64,000 nt of DNA from Oscillospiraceae bacterium (GCA_015063305.1 SVUJ01000010.1:5028-69027), one strand, 5' to 3'. Positions 48,209 to 58,404 are shown, numbered from the stretch's first letter. The notes: generated by a model not told the origin, from the sequence alone. Translations and numbers: made by a program.

Positions 48209-48486
48209 TTACAATTTGTGAGTGACGTTTGTTTTTCTATATTATATTTTACTTATTTGTTTGTTTCTCGGAGGCGTCCTCGACTCTCCGCAGCGTTCAG
48301 CAAGACAAACCGTCTATAGTTAAAAATAGCTTGAAAAGGTTTGGAGAGGGTCAAAGGGAGAACCTTTCCTTAAAAGGTTCTCCCTTATGAAAAAGCCCAC
48401 CGACAAATGTCGGTGGGCTTGATTGTTTAGATTAAGAAACCTTTTTGGCGAATTTATGGTCAATTTGATAATGAAAGTATAAAAAC

Positions 48487-48921
48487 TCAAAGACTGTCGG
48501 CAAAAGAGGTGGCAAGCTCATCGCATCTTTCGTTGTATTTATGTCCCGCGTGTCCCTGTACCCAAACGAAGCTCACTTCGTGTACCGAAAGCAGGGCGCA
48601 CAGCTCTTGCCACAGGTCGATATTAAGCACGGGCTTGCCGTCAGCCTTCTTCCAGCCCTTTTTCTGCCAGGAAGCAAGCCAGCCCTTTTCGATGGCGTCT
48701 ATGAGATATTTTGAGTCGGACGTAAGGGTTACAGAGCAGGGCTCTTTGAGAAGCTTCAGCGCCTCGATGGCGGCGGTAAGCTCCATTCTGTTATTGGTGG
48801 TCTCGCGTTCTCCGCCAGATATCTCGCGTTCAAATTCGCCGTATCTCAGCACAGCTCCCCAGCCCCCCTTGCCGGGATTTCCGCGGCACGCGCCGTCGGT
48901 GTATATTTCAACATTTTTCAT
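48487..48921 (-). CDS. rnhA: Ribonuclease HI
   Basis: [24 protein letters not shown] and [16 protein letters not shown]. Confidence 0.97.
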   Translation of the reverse strand: MKNVEIYTDGACRGNPGKGGWGAVLRYGEFEREISGGERETTNNRMELTAAIEALKLLKEPCSVTLTSDSKYLIDAIEKGWLASWQKKGWKKADGKPVLNIDLWQELCALLSVHEVSFVWVQGHAGHKYNERCDELATSFADSL

Positions 48922-49101
48922 AATTACCTCGAATTTATGTGTTATACGATATTTCCATCATAATTATAACATAAAATAAGCATTTAAACAATCCCTTCTT
49001 CAAATTTCTTACGTACTGAAATCGAAATATATTTTTTCCTTGATTTTCCGAGAAAAGTATAGTATAATTATAAGGATAATTGTATTTCCCACGAGGTGCT
49101 T

Positions 49102-49674
49102 ATGGATATAGATAAATTTGAAGAAAAACAGGTGGCGTCCGAGCTTTTGTTCGACGGCAAGATACTGCACGTCTATCGCGACGATATAGAGCTTCCCGAT
49201 GGCAGAGGTGCTTTCAGGGAATATGTAAGGCATCTGGGGGCGGTATGCGTTGTCCCCGTAACGCGGGAGGACGAGGTGGTCTGCGTGAAGCAATACAGAT
49301 ACGCAATCGGCAAGGTAGTGCTTGAGATACCCGCGGGCAAGCTCGATTTTAAGGGAGAAGACCCCGAGGCGGCGGTCCGCAGAGAGCTGCGAGAGGAAAC
49401 GGGGGCTGTGTGCGGTAAGCTGACCTATATGGGCAAGTTTTATTCCTCACCCGCGATACTTGACGAGTGCATCTATATGTATCTTGCCGAGGAGCTTGAT
49501 TTCGGTGAGAACGACCTTGACGAGGACGAATTTATAGAGGTGGTACGTATCCCGATAGAGGAGCTTGCGGATATGATATGCCGCGGCGAGATAATCGACG
49601 GAAAAACTCAGGCGGGCGTTATGAAGGCACTGTATATAATGAATTCAGACAGGAGAAAGACAAATGAAGCTTAA
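49102..49674 (+). CDS. NUDIX hydrolase, ADP-ribose pyrophosphatase-like
   Basis: QYRY, EIPAGKL, Nudix box AVRRELREETG and DGKT. Confidence 0.92.
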   Translation: MDIDKFEEKQVASELLFDGKILHVYRDDIELPDGRGAFREYVRHLGAVCVVPVTREDEVVCVKQYRYAIGKVVLEIPAGKLDFKGEDPEAAVRRELREETGAVCGKLTYMGKFYSSPAILDECIYMYLAEELDFGENDLDEDEFIEVVRIPIEELADMICRGEIIDGKTQAGVMKALYIMNSDRRKTNEA

Positions 49675-51193
49675 TTACAAGAGAACCTTTTACGTAGGCG
49701 CGGCATTTTTCCTTATAACCCTTTTCTGGCAGACCTATGATGCAATAATCCCGAAGATACTTATCGACAAGTTTGGAATGTCACACTTCTGGTCGGGCGC
49801 GATAATGGCGGTCGACAACATACTCGCGCTCTTTATGCTCCCGCTTTTCGGAGCGATATCGGATAAGCACAAGGGCAAGCACGGCCGCCGTACTCCATTT
49901 ATAGTTGTCGGTGCGGTAGTGGCTGCAATTGCTTTTCTCGGTCTTTCGGCGGTGGACAGCGTTCAGCTCTCAAAGCTTGACAGCATATCTGCAGTCACCG
50001 ATTCGGAGTCGCCCGACTATGAGAGTGCTATGTCAACGCTTTATGATGCCGACCTCACGATAACTGTTGACGGCAAGAGTGCTCCGCTTTCGTCGTTTAT
50101 TCAAAAAGAAGAGTTTGTAAAGCTTTCTAACGACAGCGAGGAGTACATCAAATACGTAACGCCCGCAAGACAGGCGTATGCGGCAGACGTTACCTCGCAT
50201 AATAAGATAACCCTGATAGCCTTTGTGGGAGTTCTTTTGATAACTCTGATCGCCATGGCTACCTTCCGCTCGCCCGCGGTGGCGCTTATGCCAGACGTTA
50301 CGCCCAAGCCACTGCGCTCCAAAGCCAACGCCATAATAAATCTTATGGGCGCGATTGGAGGAACGATTATCCTCGTTGTGGGAACGGTTTTCGGAACGGG
50401 TGAGCCCGAAAACGCGCTGATGAATTACATACCCGTTTTCGCGTTTACCTCGGGACTTATGATATTGGCGCTCATCTTCTTCATTATCAAGGTCAAAGAG
50501 CCCAAATTCGTTGCCGAGATGGAGGAAACAAGCAAAAAGTACGGTATTGATGAGTCGGAGGACGACGTTGGCGGAGATAGAAAAATGTCGCGCGCCGAGA
50601 TGCGCTCGCTCATATTTATCCTTATGTCGGTCGTATTCTGGTTTATGGGATACAACGCTATAACGAGTAAATATTCGGTATACGCCTCAAACGTGCTTCA
50701 GATGGACTTCAATACGACGCTTATCATCGCTCAGGCGGCGGCGATAGTGGCATATATCCCCGTTGGATTTATCGCTTCTCGCGTCGGACGCAAGAAGACC
50801 ATACTCTTCGGCGTGGCGCTTCTGGGCTCTGCGTTCCTTATGGCTTCCTTTATGACGGCGGAAAGTAATGAGATATTCGTAAACGCCCTGTTTGTGATGG
50901 CGGGAATAGGCTGGGCAACGATAAACGTAAACAGCTATCCTATGGTGGTTGAGCTTTCGCGCGGAAGCAACGTTGGAAAATATACGGGTTACTATTACAC
51001 GGCAAGTATGGTGGCGCAGACTATCACTCCCATACTCAGCGGAAAGCTGCTTGACAGCGTTGGAATGCACGTATTTTTCCCGTACGGCGCGGTATTCGTT
51101 TTCCTTTCGTTCATAACTATGCTCTTTGTAAAGCACGGCGACAGCCGTCCGCAAAAGGCGCGCCCCACCATTGAAAGCTTTGACGTTGATTAA
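49664..51193 (+). CDS. MFS transporter (sugar/maltose-type)
   Basis: SDK..GRRTPF, FRSPAVALMPD and GKYTGYYY; multiple TM segments with one extracellular loop insertion. Confidence 0.9.
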   Translation: MKLNYKRTFYVGAAFFLITLFWQTYDAIIPKILIDKFGMSHFWSGAIMAVDNILALFMLPLFGAISDKHKGKHGRRTPFIVVGAVVAAIAFLGLSAVDSVQLSKLDSISAVTDSESPDYESAMSTLYDADLTITVDGKSAPLSSFIQKEEFVKLSNDSEEYIKYVTPARQAYAADVTSHNKITLIAFVGVLLITLIAMATFRSPAVALMPDVTPKPLRSKANAIINLMGAIGGTIILVVGTVFGTGEPENALMNYIPVFAFTSGLMILALIFFIIKVKEPKFVAEMEETSKKYGIDESEDDVGGDRKMSRAEMRSLIFILMSVVFWFMGYNAITSKYSVYASNVLQMDFNTTLIIAQAAAIVAYIPVGFIASRVGRKKTILFGVALLGSAFLMASFMTAESNEIFVNALFVMAGIGWATINVNSYPMVVELSRGSNVGKYTGYYYTASMVAQTITPILSGKLLDSVGMHVFFPYGAVFVFLSFITMLFVKHGDSRPQKARPTIESFDVD

Positions 51194-51206
51194 TAGGAGC
51201 TGAAAC

Positions 51207-52037
51207 ATGGGAACAGCTTTGATAATAATTGTCTTCGCGGCGCTTGCGGTTGCGGGGATATACGTATTTCTCATAATGCCGCGTGTCGTTGACAGGGCTG
51301 ACATGGATATGCTTACCGTCGATTACGCGCACAGAGGTCTGTGGGGGGATAAGATACCCGAAAATTCCTGTCCCGCCTTTGTCAGAGCGGTGAAGGGCGG
51401 ATACGGAATAGAGCTTGATATCCAGCTCTCTAAGGACAATAAGATAATGGTCTTTCACGATTATGACCTCAAGAGAATGTGCGGTATAGATAAAAAGCTC
51501 TCCGAACTTACTTGCGCCGAGCTGAAGAATATACGCCTTGGAAATAGCGAATACACAATTCCTACACTTGCCGAGGTGTTGAACCTTGTTGACGGCAGAG
51601 TGCCGCTGCTTATCGAGCTTAAGGGAGAGAGCGGCGACGTGCGCCTTTGCCGTATAGCGGCAGAAATGCTTGATAAATACCACGGTGCGTTTTGTGTTGA
51701 GTCGTTTAACCCGCTCCTTCTCAGATGGTTTAAAAAATACAGACCGAGATACGCCAGAGGTCAACTCGTAACAAAGCTGAACAAGAAGAACAGAAACGGA
51801 AGCGCGGCAGTATCCTTCGGACTTTCGCATATGCTCTTTAATCTGCTTTCACGCCCCGATTTTATAGCCGTTGACGGAAAGATACGCCGTTCGTTTATGA
51901 TAACGGTATGTAAAAAAGCTTTTGGAGCGAAGATATTTGTCTGGACGGTGAAAAATCAAAAGGATTACCAGATCTGCCGAAAAGACGGTATGCACACTAT
52001 ATTTGAAAAAATAATTCCACAGAGGACTTTTAAATGA
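51207..52037 (+). CDS. Glycerophosphodiester phosphodiesterase family protein
   Basis: AHRG, PENS, IELDIQ, FHD, IELK and ESFNP; N-terminal TM helix. Confidence 0.92.
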   Translation: MGTALIIIVFAALAVAGIYVFLIMPRVVDRADMDMLTVDYAHRGLWGDKIPENSCPAFVRAVKGGYGIELDIQLSKDNKIMVFHDYDLKRMCGIDKKLSELTCAELKNIRLGNSEYTIPTLAEVLNLVDGRVPLLIELKGESGDVRLCRIAAEMLDKYHGAFCVESFNPLLLRWFKKYRPRYARGQLVTKLNKKNRNGSAAVSFGLSHMLFNLLSRPDFIAVDGKIRRSFMITVCKKAFGAKIFVWTVKNQKDYQICRKDGMHTIFEKIIPQRTFK

Positions 52038-53293
52038 GAAAATCTTACTTTGAGGCAGATATACTCTTGCCCGATTTCAATAAATACTCCCCCGAAAAAT
52101 GGGCTGTCGTAGCCTGTGACCAGTTTACCAGCGAGCCCGAATATTGGGAGGGCGCGGAGAAGGTTGTGGGAGATGCCCCGTCCACACTCAGAATGATACT
52201 TCCCGAGGTCTATCTCTCGCAGAGCGAGGAGAGGATACCCGAAATAAACGCCGAGATGGAAAAGTATACAAGCGGCGTTCTTGAAAAACACGAGGACGCT
52301 ATGATATACGTCGAGCGTACTCAGTCGGACGGAAGTGTGCGCCGAGGAGTGGTACTTGCCATAGACCTTGAGTGTTACGATTACACAAAGGGGGCGGATA
52401 CGCTCATAAGAGCTACCGAGGCAACTGTTATCGAGCGAATTCCCCCAAGAGTTGCGATAAGAAGGGGAGCCTCGGTAGAGCTTCCGCACGTTATGCTTCT
52501 TATAGATGACCCGAAGAAGACGGTTATCGAGCCTCTGTCAAACACGGTAAATTCCGAGCTGCTGTACGATTTTGAACTTATGCTCGGCGGTGGGCATATC
52601 ACGGGAACGCTTATCGGTAAAGAGGATAAGGCAAGGATATCCAAGGCGCTTGATGCCCTTATCACACCCGAGGCTATGCAGGATAAATACAGCAACTCAG
52701 CTCTCGGTGCGCTTTTGTTTGCCGTTGGCGACGGAAATCATTCACTTGCCACCGCAAAGGCTCTTTACGAGGAGATAAAGGCGGAGATAGGAGAGGACAA
52801 GGCGGCAGACCACCCTGCGAGATACGCCCTCGTTGAGATCGTAAATATCCACGACGACGCGCTTAAATTTGAGCCCATATACAGAATTATGACGGGAGTA
52901 GAGCCGATGGCGGTTGTAAACGCTCTTTCGGAGTACGCCTCAAAGCTTTTGGGTGATGGCTCGGCTCAGACTGTGAACTATATCTTTGGAGATACCAAGG
53001 GAAGTATAGTTATCGAAAGACCCGAGCAGCAGTTGGCTGTTGGAACTCTGCAAAACTTCATTGACGAATATATATCACAGCACAAGGGCGCTGAGGTCGA
53101 TTATATCCACGGTGAGGAGTCGGTCGAGGCTCTTGCCAAAAAGGATAACAGCATAGGCTTTATCTTTGACGGTATGGAGAAATCCCAGCTTTTCAAAACG
53201 GTTATATTTGACGGCGCGCTCCCTAGAAAGACATTCTCTATGGGACACGCAGTAGATAAGCGCTACTACCTCGAGTGCAGAAAAATAAAATAA
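52034..53293 (+). CDS. DUF1015 family protein
   Basis: WAVVACDQFTS, ATEAT, VGDGNHSLATAK and LPRKTFSMG. Confidence 0.88.
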   Translation: MRKSYFEADILLPDFNKYSPEKWAVVACDQFTSEPEYWEGAEKVVGDAPSTLRMILPEVYLSQSEERIPEINAEMEKYTSGVLEKHEDAMIYVERTQSDGSVRRGVVLAIDLECYDYTKGADTLIRATEATVIERIPPRVAIRRGASVELPHVMLLIDDPKKTVIEPLSNTVNSELLYDFELMLGGGHITGTLIGKEDKARISKALDALITPEAMQDKYSNSALGALLFAVGDGNHSLATAKALYEEIKAEIGEDKAADHPARYALVEIVNIHDDALKFEPIYRIMTGVEPMAVVNALSEYASKLLGDGSAQTVNYIFGDTKGSIVIERPEQQLAVGTLQNFIDEYISQHKGAEVDYIHGEESVEALAKKDNSIGFIFDGMEKSQLFKTVIFDGALPRKTFSMGHAVDKRYYLECRKIK

Positions 53294-53295
53294 CA

Positions 53296-53333
53296 AAGAG
53301 CTCCGAGCGGTTCAAACCGCTCGGAGCTCTTTT
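53296..53333. terminator. Bidirectional terminator
   Basis: AAAGAGCTCCGAGCGGT..ACCGCTCGGAGCTCTTT between convergent genes. Confidence 0.85.
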
Positions 53334-53364
53334 ATCTATTATCTATTATCTTTTATCTTTTATC

Positions 53365-54582
53365 TTATTCCTGTACGTATCCGTCAAGGAATTCGCCCAT
53401 TCTTCTCATAGCGTCGCCGAGGATCTCAGGCTGAGGAAGCATTACTATTCTGAAGTGGTCGGGTTCCTTCCAGTCAAATCCGCTTCCGGGAACCATCAGG
53501 ATATTGGTTGCGTGCAAAAGATCTCTTGCAAACTTCTTGTCGTTGGTGATGTTGAATTTCTTGATGTCAAGCTTGGGGAAGAGATAGAATGCCGCGCTGT
53601 TCTTAACAAAGGATATTCCATCTATCTTGGAGAGGGCGTTTACAGTAGCCTCTCTCTGCTCGTATATACGTCCACCGGGAGATACCATCGACGTGGGAGT
53701 TTCCATATCCGCCATAGCTGCGGGGATAACGAGCTGTGCAAGGGCGTTCGCGCAAAGTCTCATAGAGGTGAGCTTAACGATACCCTGCTTATATTCCGCT
53801 GTAAGCTCCTTAGGTCCGCTTATAAGCATCCAACCGCAACGGTATCCGCACAGGCAGTGGGACTTTGAAAGACCGTTCATAGTTACGATGGGGAGATCGG
53901 GAGCGAGAGCGGCGATAGAGGTATGTACAAGACCGTCCATTACCAAGCGGTCGTATATCTCATCGGAGAAGATGAGAATACCAAACTCTCTTGCAAGATC
54001 TGCGATCTTGAGGAGGAGCTCATCGGGATAAAGAGCGCCTGTGGGGTTGTTGGGGTTTATCAAAACGATAGCGCGGGTCTTGGGGGTTATCTTCGAGCGT
54101 ATATCAGCAACGTCGGGATACCAATTCGAGCTTTCGTCACAGGTATAGAAAACGGGAGTTCCGCCCGCTATACGTACAGAGTTGCCCCAAAGCGAATAGC
54201 TGGGAGAGGGAACGAGCACCTCGTCACCGGGGTTTATGAGGGGCAGGAGCGCAAAGGAAACGACCTCGCTGACACCGTTACCGATGAAAACGTCATCGGG
54301 GTATATATTAACGATACCCTTGCTCTTATGGTACTCACAGATAGCCTCTCTTGCGTCGGGCATACCGCGGAAATCGCAGTATCCGACAGCCTTGTTCTCA
54401 TATCCCTCGATAGCCTTTCTTATGCTCTCGGGAAGACCGAAGCCGAACGCTGCGGGGTTACCTGTGTTGAGCTTGAGTACGTTTATACCGCGGCTCTGCA
54501 TCTCCATCGCTTCAACAAAAAGCGGACCTCTGATATCGGAATGGACCTTTTCCATTCTGTCTGCGCAAGTGATTATATTCAT
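53365..54582 (-). CDS. PLP-dependent class I/II aminotransferase (AlaA-like)
   Basis: KLNTGNPA, GNGVSE, INPNNPTG, DEIYD and NGLSKSH..GYRCGW. Confidence 0.92.
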   Translation of the reverse strand: MNIITCADRMEKVHSDIRGPLFVEAMEMQSRGINVLKLNTGNPAAFGFGLPESIRKAIEGYENKAVGYCDFRGMPDAREAICEYHKSKGIVNIYPDDVFIGNGVSEVVSFALLPLINPGDEVLVPSPSYSLWGNSVRIAGGTPVFYTCDESSNWYPDVADIRSKITPKTRAIVLINPNNPTGALYPDELLLKIADLAREFGILIFSDEIYDRLVMDGLVHTSIAALAPDLPIVTMNGLSKSHCLCGYRCGWMLISGPKELTAEYKQGIVKLTSMRLCANALAQLVIPAAMADMETPTSMVSPGGRIYEQREATVNALSKIDGISFVKNSAAFYLFPKLDIKKFNITNDKKFARDLLHATNILMVPGSGFDWKEPDHFRIVMLPQPEILGDAMRRMGEFLDGYVQE

Positions 54583-54743
54583 ATAGACACCGTCCTTTAA
54601 AAAAATTACTAAATAATTGTAACACAGGCGACAAAAAAAGTCAAGAACAACTATAAAATTATAAACACACTATATTGAATATTGGGGTGCTTGCATTTTT
54701 GATAAAACAGGGTCAAAATTTTAGTGTATAATTAAAGAAAAAA

Positions 54744-54778
54744 GCAATATCAAACCCGAGAGGGAATGATATTGCCTT
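54744..54778. repeat. 35-bp hairpin-forming direct repeat, copy 1
   Basis: GCAATATCAAACCCGAGAGGGAATGATATTGCCTT; 33/35 identical to 56677-56711. Confidence 0.85.
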
Positions 54779-54781
54779 GTT

Positions 54782-55024
54782 TTATTTTATTTCCTGTTCT
54801 AATTTTCTGAATTCCTCTGTATCAAAGAAGTCAATAAGCGAGATTCCAAATCCGTCACAAAGCATTTTTAGCGTGACTATGCCGGGATTTTGGCTCTTTC
54901 CGTAAAGAATATTTTTGATAGATGAAGGGGGAACTGCCGATTCCATAGCTAATCTGTGGATAGACATATTTCTTTCACCGAGTAATTGTAAAAGCCTGTT
55001 TTTTACCGCAGTACAAGTGTCCAT
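54782..55024 (-). CDS. XRE-family HTH transcriptional regulator
   Basis: 80 aa: ERNMSIHRLAMESAVPPSSIKNILYGKSQNPGIVTLKMLCDGFGISLIDFF; AAGGAGG RBS. Confidence 0.92.
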   Translation of the reverse strand: MDTCTAVKNRLLQLLGERNMSIHRLAMESAVPPSSIKNILYGKSQNPGIVTLKMLCDGFGISLIDFFDTEEFRKLEQEIK

Positions 55025-55054
55025 TTTGTCCTCCTTAAAAATATTTGGTCTAAT

Positions 55055-55098
55055 TATAGCCCATTTCTCTTGACAAAGTGGGCTATATATGATACAAT
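55055..55098 (+). promoter_or_regulatory. sigma-A promoter overlapped by an inverted-repeat operator (probable XRE site)
   Basis: TTGACA(55070)-17bp-TACAAT; TATAGCCCA-N15-TGGGCTATA straddles the -35. Confidence 0.65.
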
Positions 55099-55133
55099 AT
55101 AGGCTACAAATAGACTGTCCAAAGGAGTAAGTT

Positions 55134-56192
55134 ATGAAACAAAAAAACAAATTTTCAACTATTTTATACATATTCTTGCTTACGGTCGTGCCGCAGGCAG
55201 TAGTGCTTTGTGTAGTCGCGAGCGTCGGCTGCTGGGCATATTGGTGGTATAAAACTCAGAATTGGCTTCAGATGATGTTGAGCCTTGTTGGCTTTATCAC
55301 TATGATATTCTTTTTTATATGTGTATCCGTTTTTGTTCATTCCTACGGATTGTCGGTGTTTTCAAGCACGACAAAAGATCTGAACGCAAGCGATTACGAA
55401 GGAAAGCCCGTGAAAGAATATTCACTCCGCGTTGGAAGAAGAAACACGTTGACGGGAAAAACACCCATCTACGTAAAGGAGCGGGAGAGACGCCGCAACG
55501 GTTTACTTGTGATGGTGGGATTTCATGCCATCATTGTTGGTTTGACGGGTGTGTTCAAATTTGTCATTGAGTCATTGCGCGTTTCTTTTTCTCGGAGAAG
55601 ACAGGCGGATTGGGAGACTTGTCGGGAGGATATACAGGACAAGATACTTGGAGAGGGTGTTTTTGGTTTTTTCAAAATGCCGATCATTTGTACAATGATC
55701 TTTTGTATTCTGTGGGCTACGCTCGGTGGACTTACTTGGGGCTTTGAATCAAAGTATTCTCACGAGAACATCGACATTGAGATAACAGAGATTTCGCAGG
55801 GTGAGCTGAACGGTATGCGAGCTTCGGTATCACTCAAAGCAAAGGTTACGAACAACTCGAAGGAAAAGATAGATTATGCTAAGGGCACACTGTACATAAA
55901 GGATGCCAAAGGAGATCTTCTCTTCCAGTGTAAGCTCACAATACAGTTGCCATTTAATCACCCAAACGGTGAGTTTATGGAGAAGTCGCAAACCTATGAG
56001 CTTTCTTGGAATCTCAACGGAGATCCAAACAATGAAGGAATGATGACTTTATATAATTCGGAACTTGAGGATCTGGAAATAAGCTTTGCGTTCCAAGAAA
56101 TAAAATACGGTGAAAAGACCTTGCTGAGCGATCCCAAAGTCGTTGATCTTTTGGGAAGCGATCCGATAGTGATAAAAGAATCCGAAAAATAA
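55134..56192 (+). CDS. Hypothetical multi-pass membrane protein with C-terminal beta-rich (Ig-like) domain
   Basis: About 4 hydrophobic segments, then VSLKAKVTNNSKEKIDYAKGTLYIKDAKG; AAGGAG RBS. Confidence 0.75.
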   Translation: MKQKNKFSTILYIFLLTVVPQAVVLCVVASVGCWAYWWYKTQNWLQMMLSLVGFITMIFFFICVSVFVHSYGLSVFSSTTKDLNASDYEGKPVKEYSLRVGRRNTLTGKTPIYVKERERRRNGLLVMVGFHAIIVGLTGVFKFVIESLRVSFSRRRQADWETCREDIQDKILGEGVFGFFKMPIICTMIFCILWATLGGLTWGFESKYSHENIDIEITEISQGELNGMRASVSLKAKVTNNSKEKIDYAKGTLYIKDAKGDLLFQCKLTIQLPFNHPNGEFMEKSQTYELSWNLNGDPNNEGMMTLYNSELEDLEISFAFQEIKYGEKTLLSDPKVVDLLGSDPIVIKESEK

Positions 56193-56233
56193 CAAGACCC
56201 TAAAAAATTCATATAGATAAAAAGGAGACTAAA

Positions 56234-56668
56234 ATGGGAATTAAAGACTTTTTTAAGAAATTGAAAGAAGACAATCAAGGATTTTTGTCAACCATGTCAC
56301 GAATGAACGGCGCGGGACTTCTTGGTGAAGTAAACCACGGAATAAAGGACGGTGATTTTTGGGACGGCGCTTACGTGAACATAGAAAAAGACAAAAACGA
56401 TGGAAAGGAAAAGGGCGTTATCTACGGTTCAGCTCAAAAGGATTATTGGTTTACCAAAGAGGACGTTACCGACATCTCTTTGGTAGAAAAAGAAAAGCTT
56501 TACGATGAGCCCGTTATTAATCAAGGTCAAAGTAAGGTTGCAGCTTTCCGTTATCGCATAACCTTTGCAGACGGAAAGAAGGCTCAGTTCGATATTCTGA
56601 TGACAAAATTAGAGCGTTTTTCCGATTTCTTTGGCGCGGAGCTTCCTGACATGAGCAAGTATCAGTAA
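56234..56668 (+). CDS. Hypothetical protein
   Basis: 144 aa ORF with AAGGAG RBS, followed by a hairpin. Confidence 0.75.
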   Translation: MGIKDFFKKLKEDNQGFLSTMSRMNGAGLLGEVNHGIKDGDFWDGAYVNIEKDKNDGKEKGVIYGSAQKDYWFTKEDVTDISLVEKEKLYDEPVINQGQSKVAAFRYRITFADGKKAQFDILMTKLERFSDFFGAELPDMSKYQ

Positions 56669-56676
56669 ACAAAAAG

Positions 56677-56711
56677 GCAATGTCAAACCCAAGAGGGAAT
56701 GATATTGCCTT
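56677..56711. repeat. 35-bp hairpin-forming direct repeat, copy 2
   Basis: GCAATGTCAAACCCAAGAGGGAATGATATTGCCTT. Confidence 0.85.
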
Positions 56712-56831
56712 TTTTACGGATTATTTACAAATTGCGTTCAGTTGACATATACTCAAAATTTTGATATAATATAGTGACTATCAAAGGTAATTAAGAAGTT
56801 TATAGATAATAATTGACAAAAGGGATTTCAG

Positions 56832-57440
56832 ATGAAGGAATTAAAAGAAAAAGCACAAGCCTTAATTGATAAATATACTCCCGAGCTTTCGAGTAAAGGC
56901 TTAAAAATATTGCTTTCCAAGCGATATTTTGAGTCGGAGGTTGGAGAGAGATCGGGAGGACATGGTGTCTGCGCAATAATCTTTAATTCAATAGATCGTG
57001 CGCGAGATCATAAAGAAGAAAAGAAAAAAGGATATAACTACGAAAAAAACAAATATCATTATTTTATTCTTACGCTATGTCCGACTGAAAAAAATGCTTT
57101 TAGGCGGGAGGAATGCCGAGAATATGCTTTTATTCTGAAAAAGGTAGAGAGGGCGCATGTTGGACAAGAGCCACGCAGAGTTCTTTATCGCGAAGAAAAG
57201 ATTTTATCAAAAATTGAGAAACAGATACTAAAAATCTTGAAGAAGGCAGAAAAAAGTTCGGCTCAAAAGGTGTGTCAAAATAATATCATCGATGCTTTCC
57301 GATATGCAATGACTGCAAAGTATGAATATAAAGAAAGATTTTTAGGGAAAGAGAGTTTTTCATGGGAAATGATATTTATTTCTGCTTTTTGTGTTTTGGT
57401 TTTCGGAAGTATGTTTATAATATGGCTTTTTACAAAATAA
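56832..57440 (+). CDS. Hypothetical protein with C-terminal TM anchor
   Basis: 202 aa, AT-rich; has its own TTGACA-17-TATAAT promoter at 56742-56770. Confidence 0.7.
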   Translation: MKELKEKAQALIDKYTPELSSKGLKILLSKRYFESEVGERSGGHGVCAIIFNSIDRARDHKEEKKKGYNYEKNKYHYFILTLCPTEKNAFRREECREYAFILKKVERAHVGQEPRRVLYREEKILSKIEKQILKILKKAEKSSAQKVCQNNIIDAFRYAMTAKYEYKERFLGKESFSWEMIFISAFCVLVFGSMFIIWLFTK

Positions 57441-57540
57441 TTCACACCAATAGACAAACTTTTATTGGGATATAGATTACGGAAGATGCTCCGATTGTGC
57501 AAAACGGATGAACAGGTAACTCCAAGGAGGTAGAACGATA

Positions 57541-58404
57541 ATGCTCATACAAAAGCAAGATTGCAAAATGGATGTTGACGTGGATAAAACAATAGAATAT
57601 TATCGTGAACACGCTCTTTGCGATTGTCCCGCTTGCCGTAATTTTTATGTACAAGCGGAAACAGCTTTGCTGAAGCTCAAGGAGTTCTTTTCTGAACTTG
57701 GCGTAGATATTTCACGACCCGATGAAACAAGCTGGGATGTGGTGGACGGTATAGCTGACTATTTCTTTGTCGCTTATACCGTAAGCGGCAAGGTGTTGGA
57801 ATACGATAAATACGAGATCGATCTGCAAGACGGCGATTTGTTTTTAAATGTCGTTATCGATGATCATTACATTCCCAACGAGCAGAAGAATGAATATTTC
57901 GTTATCTCTGTTTACGGAATTAATCTGCCGTGGGTTTTAGATGAACCGCTTCCTGATGCAAAGCCATTTATGAAAACTGTTACAGAAGTAAAAAACAGTT
58001 TTTGGAGCAAACTCACAAAAATACTTTTCAAGAAAGCAGAAAAATCCAATAATATTCATCAACCTATACCATCTTGGGAAAATATTGTTGAATGGCTATA
58101 TGATAAGGATTTAGACGCGTTCAGAGATGAGGTGACACGGGTAATATATTCAAAAGACAAATCTATGCGATATGTGATATTAAAAGATGATAAGGGGTAT
58201 TTTACATATCAGCTTGAAGTAATATATCAATTTAACGAAGAAGAGTGGCAATACATTTGTAAAGACGATACTACTTTACCCGCAATGTGGGAAACCTATA
58301 GAGGCGCTGGGGGTAAATCGATTTTTAATAGTGAAAGAGAGTTGTTAAAAAGTCTTGCGTTTGAGCCTGAATACAAGAAGTATTTTTCGGGCGATGAAAT
58401 ATAG
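57541..58404 (+). CDS. Hypothetical protein, probable two-domain fusion with N-terminal CxCxxC
   Basis: 287 aa; AAGGAGG RBS; CDCPAC motif. Confidence 0.75.
   Translation: MLIQKQDCKMDVDVDKTIEYYREHALCDCPACRNFYVQAETALLKLKEFFSELGVDISRPDETSWDVVDGIADYFFVAYTVSGKVLEYDKYEIDLQDGDLFLNVVIDDHYIPNEQKNEYFVISVYGINLPWVLDEPLPDAKPFMKTVTEVKNSFWSKLTKILFKKAEKSNNIHQPIPSWENIVEWLYDKDLDAFRDEVTRVIYSKDKSMRYVILKDDKGYFTYQLEVIYQFNEEEWQYICKDDTTLPAMWETYRGAGGKSIFNSERELLKSLAFEPEYKKYFSGDEI

Noticed and set aside
54590-54745. Duplicated spoIVB 3' end marking an att site for the 54.7-58.8 kb region
   Set aside because: No convincing copy was found on inspection.
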